Source: Podarcis cretensis (lineage: Eukaryota). From it: a DNA stretch of 64,000 nt. The translations under genes and the position numbers were made by a program. The stretch lies in the NCBI GenBank assembly GCA_951804945.1, contig OX638151.1, positions 44,330,001 through 44,394,000 on the forward strand, in the 5' to 3' direction. The notes beneath the pieces are model-generated. The model did no database searches. It was not told the DNA's origin and saw nothing but the letters and a program-made list of their open reading frames with translations. This document shows, in pieces, positions 24,948 through 36,300 of this stretch. How positions within the stretch are numbered: the stretch's first letter is position 1; every line of letters starts with the position of its first letter.

Positions 24948-25296
24948 GCGGAGGTGAGGAACCTCAGAGGCTCTGGGGTCAAGTGCTGCCCCCCAGCCCA
25001 CTCTGTCTGGCTCCCAGGACTCTTCTCAGGCCACATCCCCTCTCTCTAGGCCAACCCTCGCCAGCCCTCCTTGAGTGATCTTGCTTGACTGGAATGGGTC
25101 TTTGAACCCCGACAATGGCTCTTGGTTGCCTGGATCAAGGAAGGTGGGTACGTTTGCATGGAAGCTAGCATGTACAAAGGTAACATTTACATTTGTCTCT
25201 TTGGCCACTTTTGTCTCTGGCCCCACCCATTGCTGGCATGTGGCTGACCCCTGGGGGGGAATGTGGCTCTGGGTCTGGAAGAAGTCCCCCACCCCT
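24948..25296. mobile_element. hAT-like MITE, degenerate
   Basis: GC-rich block with imperfect inverted ends (GGAGGTGAGGAACCT / AAGTCCCCACCCCTG). Confidence 0.45.
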
Positions 25297-28200
25297 GTAA
25301 TGGAGCTTAGGTGATATAGCAGACGATTTGTGTGTAGATCTGTCTTCTTGTGGAACTTCTTGTGACTGACTCAGTAGAAGTGATTCCCCCTAGCAGGGGT
25401 CTCTCTCCAACCTTACGTGACTTTATTATACCACGGTTACTATGGAAAAGGACAAAGCCACAGACAGAATGAAATGGATTCAGCAAATGTACACTTCAAT
25501 GCATAGCACTTAGATAAGCATTTCCAATCATGATGGTTAAATAAATTATAAAGTACAAGCAATTCTATAAAGCAAGAACATCCTGAGTTTACAAATAAAT
25601 TATGTCCTTCATACGTCAAATAGGTGATGGATGTCAGATAGCAGTTTCAGCTAGGGAAATTGGGGAAGGAGCTGAAATTTAGAAAAAGTAGTATCTATGT
25701 GTACATAAAATCTTTAGGCGAGTGAGTGTTTTATTCAGATACCCATTCACACGCATATTATACAATATATAAGGTGGCTAAATTCATATAGAGAGTATAT
25801 GTCATATAGATATAGCTGAAACTGCTTTAAGCACCACTTTTATTACCACCATTTTATTATAAAGTATGCTCCAGATTTGAGTAGGGCCACTCAAAGTTTT
25901 ACAAAATGCATCCTCTCCTCCATCCTTGGGAGATGTTGAAAGGTCAGTTTGAATGGGTGTTGCTTGGGCTCAAATAACCTACCATGGATGTTTCCTGCAA
26001 CAGGAACATCTTGGACCACCTTGATCAAGCAGGCTGGAAGCTAATGCTTGAATCTGAGTACCAGGAATTCAGTAGCAAAAGGTATTCTCAAGATGGTACG
26101 TAAAAGAAGTTCATATCAACTCCACTGGCAAATTTGTGGCCAAGTTAGGATAGTCTGACAACAGAAGTTTGAGAAACATGCCACATCTGCTTAGTTGGCC
26201 AGAGGCAGATGCTCCAATAAAATAAAATAAAATAAAAACTTTCATCTGGAAATAGTTTAGAAAAAAATTGGTTGCTCTCATTTCTTGACTATTAGCTAGA
26301 GCAGAGGAAAAATTCTATGAAGCATCATAGGTGCTCAGCTATTATTTTGCAACCTTCGTGCAAGGTGGAAGTTATTAGCTAAAAATTAGTTAGGAAATTG
26401 TCGAATGAGCCAAAGAATCACAGCCAAGGCTTCTCTGGGCTCTGAAGCATATGATCGCCAAGTGCAGTCACCAGAGCATATGGGCCACTGCTTTCCCCGC
26501 TGACATCTGTGGTAGCGAGTTACCATTTAATGAGAGTTTGCTTAATGTTTTACATGTTGCTTATGATCAACAATAACCATTTTAGATGTTGCTTGCATGT
26601 GTCTTTCATCATATATGCCATTTGCCATAGGCATATCACTGTTCCATGCCTTGATGCCAAAATGTCTGTGGTACAGCTCTTTCCCTCAACACAGATCAGG
26701 GAAATATTTTGTGAGCTAATTTAGCTCACCTGCTTTCCTTCAGTCCTCTGCCAATTAGAGAAGGCCTGCACGGGGGCTCAAAAGGCACAGGGGTGTTGTT
26801 TCATTTTATAAGGAGCAAATAGTCACTCTCCATTTTGATCACACATTATCTGTTTATATTATACATATAGTGGCAGAGTTAATCCTAGAGGTCTAGAGTG
26901 CACCTGACCTTAAATTATTGACACCTAAATGCATTTTTCTATTTATTTTTATAAATGTTTAAACCATTTTTCAAAGGTTTATACGAGGCAAATACAGCCA
27001 CACAGCTTTATAGGCTGGAGAACATGCATAGATAATAACACAGCCCTCGTTTTAAAATATAGTTTCTATAAAATACAGTGGCATAAATGGCCAGCCTGCT
27101 GGTGAGTGGGGGCTGTAAAGGTTTTATGGACAGAGTTTTGCAATGAGCGTCATAAGTTATGCTTTGCTGCTTGTAAGTAGCTGCCCTAACTCAAACACAT
27201 AAAACACAGCTGTACCACCACACAGATTTCCATCGGTTTATCTATGCACCCTCTTAACCTTATTGTTTTTAACTCAGGAAAGTGAGAAGATGGCTGTTAC
27301 TTGTTTTCTGATGTCAGTGTTTAGGAATGCAAATAAAGAAAATTGGAGGGAGGGTTTGTTTGACATGGACAGCAAACAAAAAAATACCATACTAATCTAC
27401 AACATTGAATATGATGTGGACATATGAATGGTATTTCCACCACCCTCCTCTACCCCTCAGGAGCTGCATTTTGCCCCATGGGGAAAATAGTTTCGGATGT
27501 TTTCTGTGTTTAGAAAATAGCTTGGGGGAAAGTGTTACATTCCCCAATTCCCAAAGAGGAAGCATTGGGGAAGCACTTTTAGCCTTTTAAGACACTGCCC
27601 AATCCTCCATCATCCCATCTCATTTGACCCTAGGATTTTGTGCTTCCAAGTTATGCCTGTAATTCAGCAAGTGACACTTGCACATGATGCCTTCTTGGTT
27701 TGATCTAGCGAACTTATCTTAAGCAGCACATGTGTTCTTACCAGGCACCAAGAGGCCATGAAGTAGCTTTGCAAATGTTGCAAGCTTGGGCCTTGGGAAA
27801 TTACCTTACTTGCAAATATTTATTTTGCAGGAAATTTCAAGGAATGTGAAGGCGGGTCAGAAGAAAGTGAGGTGAGAACATATTTCAGAGGAAGATCAGA
27901 ATTTTACCATTGTTATAAAATACTTTGTTCATGCACTTGGATCAGGTAGGGAAGACCGCATATTTTTAGGGCCAGGCTTTTGGTAGTCTTTGTCTGTCTT
28001 CACAGGACACAGAGCTGATGTATGACATTTGTGCCATTATTGTTGTACTGTAGATTCATTTAATGACTCATGAATAATCTGATGAACTTTTAATAATGCA
28101 GTTGTGACGGTAAATTGTGATACTAGTTGTTTAATATTTCTGAATGCCTTGTTTTGCGTCTCACAATAACTTACTGAGAAAGAGAAAGCTGGATCAAGTG

Positions 28201-28644
28201 GCGTCTCATCTTGGCATGACTACTAAAAATAAAATTGGCAAATTTTGGAGTTTGTTGATAGAAGTGTTTTGAAGAGATAGTGGAAGATGCTTATCAGGCA
28301 GAGATGCAATAAGGTGTTGCTCATTTAACTCTCCCCCTTTGAAGTATTATGTTCTGATCCATAATATATGTACATGTATACAGAAGCAGTCCTCCTTGTC
28401 CCCATCCCTAGCCTGATAGAGAATCAAATATGGCAAAAAGGTGTCTCCTACCCAATCCAGCAGATGGAGCAGTACATATGCTGTTCAATTCTTTAAAAAT
28501 GTATCTCACAGATCAGAAAGGAGAAAGGGGGCTGGGTTCATTTTTTCAGGATCTACTTTTTCTACTGAGCAGGTTTTGCAGCTTTTTAAAAGGGTTGTTT
28601 GTGTATTGGTGCTGTGATGTGTATTGATGTGCATCTAAACACAA

Positions 28645-28910
28645 TACATGTCCTCCTTGATCATACAAATGGTCCATCTAGTCCAACATCCTGTTTCTCA
28701 TGGTGCTCAACTGGAAGTCTCTGAGAAGCAGGGCATGAAGACTTGCCTTGTTGTGGCTTCAGCACCTGGTATTCAGTGCCTACTGACCTCTCAACCGAAA
28801 GGTTCCCTATAGCAATCTTGACTACTCTCCATGAATTTGCCTAATTCCTTTTAAATCCATCCCAACTAGAGGCCACCACCACACCTGATTGCTGTAAATT
28901 CCACAAACTA
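28645..28910 (-). mobile_element. CR1 LINE 3' remnant
   Basis: GGTCCATCTAGTCCAACATCCTGTT block shared with 40620-40790 and, inverted, with 36240-36300. Confidence 0.55.
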
Positions 28911-29399
28911 GAAGGATGCTGGTCTGATCTGATCTACCATAACCATTCCAATGTTCATAGACCCAGAGCCATAACAGGTAGGGAATCATTTGCATTATCT
29001 CTGTAACCAAATGAAGGCAGCTCTAGGACAAACGTAGACACACCTCAGAAAAAAAGAGACAGTGGTCAATCAACATCACTGGTCTTCAACTGGTGGACTG
29101 AGATGTGCTAGTGGGTTAACAGGAGCACCACCACCATGCAATATAAGGTAACAGATTAAGAAATTGGTCCCCAAATTCATGCTTGGATTAAAAGTGGATC
29201 CTGGGTCTGAAAAGAATGAAGATACCTGGTCAACATAAACTAAGAGAAATAGTAATTATCTTCATTTGAGCATCCATGTAAATGCCACAATCTGAGTACA
29301 AAAAGTAACAGCTAACAAAAAAAAAGCAGTGAAGACTTCTGCTTTCCTAGTGATGTCAACTGAAGTCTTGTTATTTTGCCAGAAAATCCACATTTATGT

Positions 29400-29965
29400 T
29401 CTTTAATAACAAAGTGGACCTCTCCTCTTCCATTACTATCAAATATTTTGGGTTTCATGTACACGGTTTAATATCTTTTTTCTCTTTGAGTGGCCTTACT
29501 CTCGTGTGTAACAATAAATGACAGTTAACATTTATTTATATGCTGTATCAGTTAAGAAATATCTCTACAAACACAAGTTACGTAGAAACAGCAAGTCAGA
29601 AATAGGATAAAACACCGAGGGAGGGGAAAACAGGCTGTAAATACATTTCAGAAAATGTGTTTTGATTTTTTGTCTTTTTCTTTTTCTTGACTAGCACCAT
29701 CTGTACACAAGAAAGTATGAACATAAATGTTTGGATAATAAAGATTTGCAAGGCACTTAAGACAGTCTTCCTGTGTATTTTTACTTCAATGGTGCTCTCA
29801 GCAGCAGTCGGTCCCACATCTGCTCTTCCTCCCTCTACAGCTATTGTTGAGGGATAAAGTCACTTCTGCCAGCAGTTCCTATTTACAAACATGCCCTTAA
29901 AGATTTCTCAAAGTGCTCTTTCAGGCTAGGAGATTCCACATCCTTATTTCTCAGCGTCTTTGCTT

Positions 29966-29998
<33 letters not shown>

Positions 29999-30165
29999 TA
30001 GTCAATGTATGCACCACTCTTCAGCATATTAAGAGGGGGGAAATCTCTTCCACACACAGTCAAAACATGACACCAACCTTCATCCTCATTCTAGGTCTTT
30101 GGGGTGCTGTTCAAAAGGGAGAAAGGGGAGTGGCAGTAGTCCAAAATGTTCTCGAGGTTAATTCT
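29400..30165 (-). promoter_or_regulatory. KIF26B: KIF26B 3'UTR with candidate poly(A) signals
   Basis: On the minus strand: AATAAA at 29531-29536, ATTAAA at 29467-29472 and 29402-29407, and a U-rich tract near 29300-29325. The true 3' end cannot be fixed from sequence alone. Confidence 0.65.
29967..29998. repeat. (TCA)n microsatellite in the KIF26B 3'UTR
   Basis: About 10 perfect units, about 170 nt after the stop codon. Confidence 0.95.
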
Positions 30166-30314
30166 TCACCGACGCCCAGAAGTGATGTCAAAGCAGGTGA
30201 TCATCATGAGGTGGGCCTTGCAATAGTTGACACGGTTCTCTAGTCGCTCAGTCACGCACTCGAGAGCCTCCAAGTACTCCAGGGAATCCAAGTCAAATAC
30301 TTGCTCCAGATCAA
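30166..30314 (-). CDS. KIF26B: KIF26B last coding exon, not in the ORF track
   Basis: Acceptor cttcctttcccacag|. Encodes (F)[48 protein letters not shown], with TGA at 30166-30168. Confidence 0.96.
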
Positions 30315-30640
30315 CTGTGGGAAAGGAAGCAAAAGGCCCAGCACATTACCCAAATTGGTAGCGCAAGCCCTACATCGCTGTTATCTTTAAGGGCTCATTC
30401 ACACAGGTGTGTATATTACTCAAGGGACTGGATTCAAAGAACTGTGAAAGGAAAGAGTTTGTGCAAGAAACGGGCAATGCTATGACAGGTAGGTTCTATA
30501 GCAGGCCTCAGTGGAAGAACATTGTTAGATTTGTTTTAGCTGTCCTCATACAATGCTCCTGAGTTCAGAAGTCACCATCTGCATGCAGAAAGGCAAGTGA
30601 ACTTATGAACAGGCTCTGCTGAAAATGCTCATAACAAGTA

Positions 30641-30856
30641 CAGTGGTGCCTCGGGTTACATACACTTCAGGTTACAGACTCCGCTAACCCAGAAATAGTA
30701 CCTCGGGTTAAGAACTTTGCTTCAGGATGAGAACAGAAATCGTGCTCCGGCGGCACGGCGGCCCCATTAGCTAAAGTGGTGCTTCAGGTTAAGAACAGTT
30801 TCATGTTAAGAACGGACCTCCAGAATGAATTAAGTACTTAACCCGAGGTACCATTG
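30641..30856. mobile_element. MITE family A in the KIF26B last intron
   Basis: TA|CAGTGGTGCCTCGGGTT...AACCCGAGGTACCATTG|TA. Confidence 0.9.
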
Positions 30857-31847
30857 TAATATGAAGTTCCCTGCACCACATGATAAAAAGTAAATATTTT
30901 ATGGACCTTTCATAGTACATAAAAGACTTAAGGCCACAATCCTAAAGCCACATCATAAGAGATGTGGCAAATTGTTAGTGGTAGGGCACATTGACCCTCA
31001 CCCCGAAGGACAGAAACTACACCAGCCCTGGAGCTGGCAGAGAGATTTTCCTTCCTACTGATGTCAAATAGTATTTTCTCAACCATGGGAGCTCACCACC
31101 ACTTTAGGATTGCGCAGTAACAGGTTGGCTGCAACACGTGCTTTTGTGGATTAGAGCCCTCTTTTACAGGTGCCCAAAGTCCTATCCTTAGTGTTATTCT
31201 CTGCTCTAAGTAGCTAGCAGCAAAATACTTTTCCTTTATAGTTGAGGTACCCTTACCTATTAATTTAGCCAGCTTTGGCTGTATATTTTATACATTTTGT
31301 TTGCTTCTTTAGAAGAATCCTTCCTAATTTGAATATGTGATTCTTTAATCTCTTTATGAATGAGCTGTATGAACTCTATCCTTTTCTAGCTATATGTAAA
31401 AGGAGGGAAAAACAAATTAATGTCTTCATAAGTCATTTCAACCAAATTTGCCTGAAAGTATTATTTCACAGCAGGAGAGCAGATTTAAAATATAATTCAT
31501 ATGTCTGAGTGATCTGAGGGCAAAGGGGGGTGGGGAGGGAAATCTCATTTTCAGAAGCTCTGGAGTGAGACGCATAAGCGTTAATCTAGTGATGGCAATA
31601 TTCCTCACTAGAATGCTGCATAATTCCTGGCTTTGACTCTTGAGCAAATAGGCCCACTTGGTTCCAATGTCACAGTTTAATAGGAATTATGCAGGAACAG
31701 TTTTAGAAATGCAGTCTATCCAAATCTGCTCCAGGTCAAACATCAGCACAGGCTTTGCTTATAAACATAGTAGTTCATGACTTAGCTACAGCACCAGTAA
31801 AGTTTTGTGTCAATAAAATAAACCAACTATAGGCAGTAAAACCTTAC

Positions 31848-31998
31848 ATTCACTGAGCCATTTATTAGGATCCAGCATCAGGTACTGTTTGGTCACTTCC
31901 AGCTCCCTCATTAACCACTCGTACTTGGCCTTGACCTCTGCAATTCGCTGCTGCCGGTGCTCCAAGATTTTCAGTTTAGCGTTGAAGCAAATCACCTC
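31848..31998 (-). CDS. KIF26B: KIF26B penultimate exon (151 bp), coiled-coil
   Basis: Boundaries ttgagcag|GAG and GAA T|gtaagg. Encodes [50 protein letters not shown]. Confidence 0.95.
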
Positions 31999-32812
31999 CT
32001 GCTCAATAAGATATATGAAGGGGAGAGTCAAGGGAGGGGTGTGTGAAATAAAGGCCAGATTAGATCTTCCCCAGCCAAATTAACCTTAATTTGGTAGCAA
32101 CAATCACAGAAACTCAGGAAATGAAGCAAAAAATTAAAGAAATAGGCCTTTGACAATGAAGGGTTCATTGGTTATTGTGGTCTTTTCAATGGCAGATGAC
32201 TTGTAAAAATATATTATTCAAATACATTGTACTCCGCAATACATTTCATTAGATGCTCTGGTTATTATGTCACTGCAAAAAGATGATTGCTTTAGGAAAA
32301 GTGGAAAAACTCAACTTTGAGGCTACAACTCAGAGGGGCTGAGCTAGAAGTTAGACTTTCCTAACTCCTTATTTCTTTCACAGAAGTAATATAGGCATTT
32401 GTAGGAATATTCAGTGGGTATGACAAATGTACTCAGCCAATCAAACATCACCTCTTCTTCCTTGCAAACATACCACCTGATCAGTGTTTTGTCATGGCTG
32501 GTATTTAAAACCAGAAATGAACTAATTGGGGAGAAAACAGCCCAGGGAGAGGTGAGGGTGTTTACGCAAGGGAACAATAGAGATGCCTTATGTACCTTTT
32601 CCTCCTGCTGACCAATCCTCCTTGTAAGTATCTGCTTTCATAATCCTATTATCTTAGATGTGGGGTTGGGACCATCCATGAGTCAACAAAAGGTTTACTT
32701 CTGCTGTGAAACCTCTTGCTTCTGAATGCACCTATTGAGTAAATGCTGTACTACAAGGTAAGAGATCTTGCTGCAAGATCCACAATTTTTTAAATATATA
32801 AACTGCCTGTAG

Positions 32813-32940
32813 AGCAGGAATAGCCAATGTGGTGCCCTCCAGATGTTCTTGTACTCAGTTCCATCATCCTTGGCCAATGACCATGCTATTTGGGGGCTGA
32901 TGAACATTTGATTCAGAGGGTGTTATTGCTGGCCACCCTT
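32813..32940. mobile_element. hAT-like short MITE; relatives at about 7530-7625, 46775-46915 and 62355-62472
   Basis: Shared GCCCTCCAGATGT...CCATCA...GGGGCTGAT...GAGGG dyad structure. Confidence 0.55.
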
Positions 32941-33550
32941 GGTGTAGAGTTAGGGCCATGTGTGTGCTTTGACACTCCTGGCTCTAAAGAATGGAAACCC
33001 AGCAGCTCAGCCTTTTGCCTACACAGCTGGCCATCTCTTCAATGGTTTGAATTGCCCGGGACATTCACAGTTCTCAGACCAGAGACTTCTCATGCATACC
33101 TTTGTGCAGAGCTCTCCTCTCTGCAAAGGTATTCAATTCTCTTCAGTGGGAGTCACAGCTGTATGCATGTATGAATCTGCACATGGGGCTATTTGCTCTG
33201 ATGAAGAGAACTGGAGCATGAGGAAGCTCTCTGTGTACAGAAGTAGACATGGATATGTGGTTTGGGGACCTCAAATTTCATCTAGGATTGTAGTTGCTGT
33301 GCGAATGCCAGAATTATTGGATTCTTGTATAGATTCTCTTTTGGAGTTGTGAATCTGGCCAGGTATTCCATCTCTGTGAGAATTACATTTCTGTCTTTTC
33401 TGTTGGGTTTATTCATTTGCTTCAACCACCCCCACCCCCGCCCCAAGGGAACTGCTGGACAGAAACCCACATATATGATGAACAAGTTATAGTAAGATTG
33501 AATCAACTTCTTCAGAGTTAAAGATCAGAAATAAATTAGGAATGCCTCAC

Positions 33551-33750
33551 ATTGTTGTCCCCCATGCGCCGTCGTTGGAGCCGCTCCACATCATCAATCT
33601 CATAGACTTTGATCTCAAAGGGCTCCCCCATTCCTCTCTGGGAACTTCTCAGAGGTCCATCTACCCAGCGTACTGCTGGGCTGGTAGGTTTCCTTATAGG
33701 AGATGTTGTGTCAAGCGATAAAGCTGGGATGAGTCTCCGTCTCTGAGAAC
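33551..33750 (-). CDS. KIF26B: KIF26B exon (200 bp), not in the ORF track
   Basis: Boundaries ccttgcttag| and |gtgagg. Encodes (G)[66 protein letters not shown]. Phase 1 in, phase 0 out. Confidence 0.95.
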
Positions 33751-35769
33751 CTAAGCAAGGTCACAGTTATAAGGTTTTGTTATCAAAGGACAAAACTCTC
33801 ATTCTTCTCTTCAAACAAGAGTTTACAACATGCAAGGAAACAAGACTGAGGAAAGCTGCCTATTTGCTCTGAACATTACCATCAAATATACAATAATACT
33901 GCAGTCCACAAGTGCTGACATATCTGTAATGTATCACTAAATTTATTTCTTGCAAAATTCTAGTGTTGTTTAGCACAGCATAATCTCACTTAGCATCCAG
34001 TCGGGATCCTTCTCTGGTCGGAGCAATGAGCTGCTTGCCTTTACCTTGTCCCACTCTCAACAGCTCAGGAACTGGGTCTGATAATTAAGAGTGAACAAAT
34101 CTTCAGAGTATACATGATTCTCACAAAGAGACACAATGGGACAGAAGGGAGGTGAGGAAGTGCCTCAGGTAGCAAAATGTCTTGAGCCAATCATGGGTGG
34201 GCAGAGCTGAAAGGGAAGCAAGCCTAGCAGGTGCAGACCCCATCTCTCCCCATAAACCCATACAGACCTAAACATGTTTAACCTAGCACCACTCATGGTG
34301 CACTAGAACCACTCTTGTGGCATCTCAGACTGACTTACAGTCATAAACCACTAGCAGAAAGAGAACTATAATCTTTTGACAGATTGTTCCTTTTTTTAAA
34401 AAAAAAAAAGCATTTTTCACTGCATTTACCAAACAAGTGGACAACACCCTTTCACAATATTGTCCACCATACGAATCTTCACATGATCCCACCTGCAGAT
34501 AAGGCTAGAATTCACTTTGCTACTGCTTTTTAAATGTTTCTGCTCGTATCAGGGGACTTTTGTTTTTCCTATTGATCATTTTGTCCAATACACTCAGGAA
34601 CTGCTAGCCTTAGAATGACATGAAGGTTTTTCTCAGGAAGGGAAGAATAGGAAGATGGCTAGCTAAGACTGGTGGAGGGGGACAGGTCCAACCCACTTCT
34701 CCTCACAAAAGATCCACCCATTTCTATTATATCCTCTTCTGGAAACAGATTCATATTTCACCTCCTGCTAAAGATCCAGTATTTTGCCTCTGTGAGCTTG
34801 ACTGACCAGAATCCTGTGTTTGTGTTATTTGGATCCTCACATTTTGAACTACATTTGCAACTGCTCATTCGTGTTGCTGTAAACAATGAACAACAGTGTG
34901 AGGGGAAATGAGAAAAAGCATTCCTCTCCTACCTGTAGAACAACAAGCAGAGAAACAATTCTCTCTTACTTGCAGAGAAGGTGATTTGAAACTTAATCTA
35001 TTTTAAATAGGCATTGATTAATGAGCTGGTTATTAGTCTGGATACAGAAGGTATAGGGTGACTTAAGAGGAATTCCTGCTGTCCCAGAGTCCCTCTATTT
35101 AATCTCTGTGGTTTATCTGATTTCACTTGAGATGGGTTGTGTAAGAAAATATATCTATACAGTAGTGTTTTATGGTGAGTGCCACCAAGGTTTCATGATA
35201 CCACAGAAAGGAAAGACTTAACTGGTTCAAACAGCAAATACACATACTCTATAGTGCTGAGCATGAACCAAATATACTTCTATATCTATATAAAATACAC
35301 AGTGGACATCTGCTCTACAGCAAGCAGAGAGCAATGGGAGTTTTGGCAAGGTTATTGTCCATCTGTCTGTCTATCTATACACATATGCGCTTCCCAGCAA
35401 AACTCACCCTTATATCTCTATTTCTTTTGCGAACTGAAAATGAGTGAATCCCTCTTTATACAGTCTAACTGAATCAACTGCCAATCTCAGAAGGACAATT
35501 TTATTTTATCATGCTGTTAAGAACAGCATGCATTGCACCTGTTTCCGAGAGGATCAAGTAATTTATTTTTTAAGGTTCAGATGCATTGGTTGTGAAAAGT
35601 CTAGCAAGACAAGAAACCTGGGCAACTTTAAAACAACAATGGACAATATGTGATAATATTCAGTTACCCCACAGGGGTAATGCCACAGCTATGGCTCAGC
35701 TATAGGGTGCAAACTACATGACCACAACAAAAAGTTACAATAAAAAGACAAGGAAGGGGTTGGATATGC

Positions 35770-36300
35770 AACCACGTTGTATAAGATTATGCATGGTAAG
35801 TTGAAAGTAGATACAGTGGTACCTCGGGTTACAAACACTTCAGGTTACAGACTCCACTAACCTGGAAGTAGTACCTTGGGTTAAGAACTTTACCTCAGGA
35901 TGAGAACAGAATTTATGCAGTGGTGGCGTGGTGGCAGTGGTTTCAGGTTAAGAACAGACCTCCGGAACGAATTAAGTTTGTAACCAGAGCTACCACTGTA
36001 GAAGTTTTTTCTCCCTTTCTTATAATACTTGGAGTCATCCAACACTGAACTACTAAGGACACACAAAAGGAAGTACTTATTTTAAAAATGATTAAAAGGC
36101 ATATTAATGGTGAACAGGACTATCAATGGCTCCAATCCACTGATAGAGGCAGCGTGCCTTTGAATTCCAGTCACTAGGAATGACAAGAGGGGAGAGCGCT
36201 GTTGCACCCAAGTTCTGCTTGTAGGATTCCCATAGGCATCTGAACAGGATACTGAAATAGATGGGCCATTGGCCTGATCCAGCAGGCTCTTCTTATGTGT
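35770..36300 (+). mobile_element. CR1 LINE 3' fragment, interrupted by a MITE
   Basis: Degenerate ORF2 end (TATAAGATTATGCATGG = YKIMHG; AAAAGGAAGTAC = KRKY) and the tail GCCTGATCCAGCAGGCTCTTCTTATG. Confidence 0.7.
35814..35998. mobile_element. MITE family A, internally deleted, nested in CR1
   Basis: TA|CAGTGGTACCTCGGG...GCTACCACTG|TA. Confidence 0.88.
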
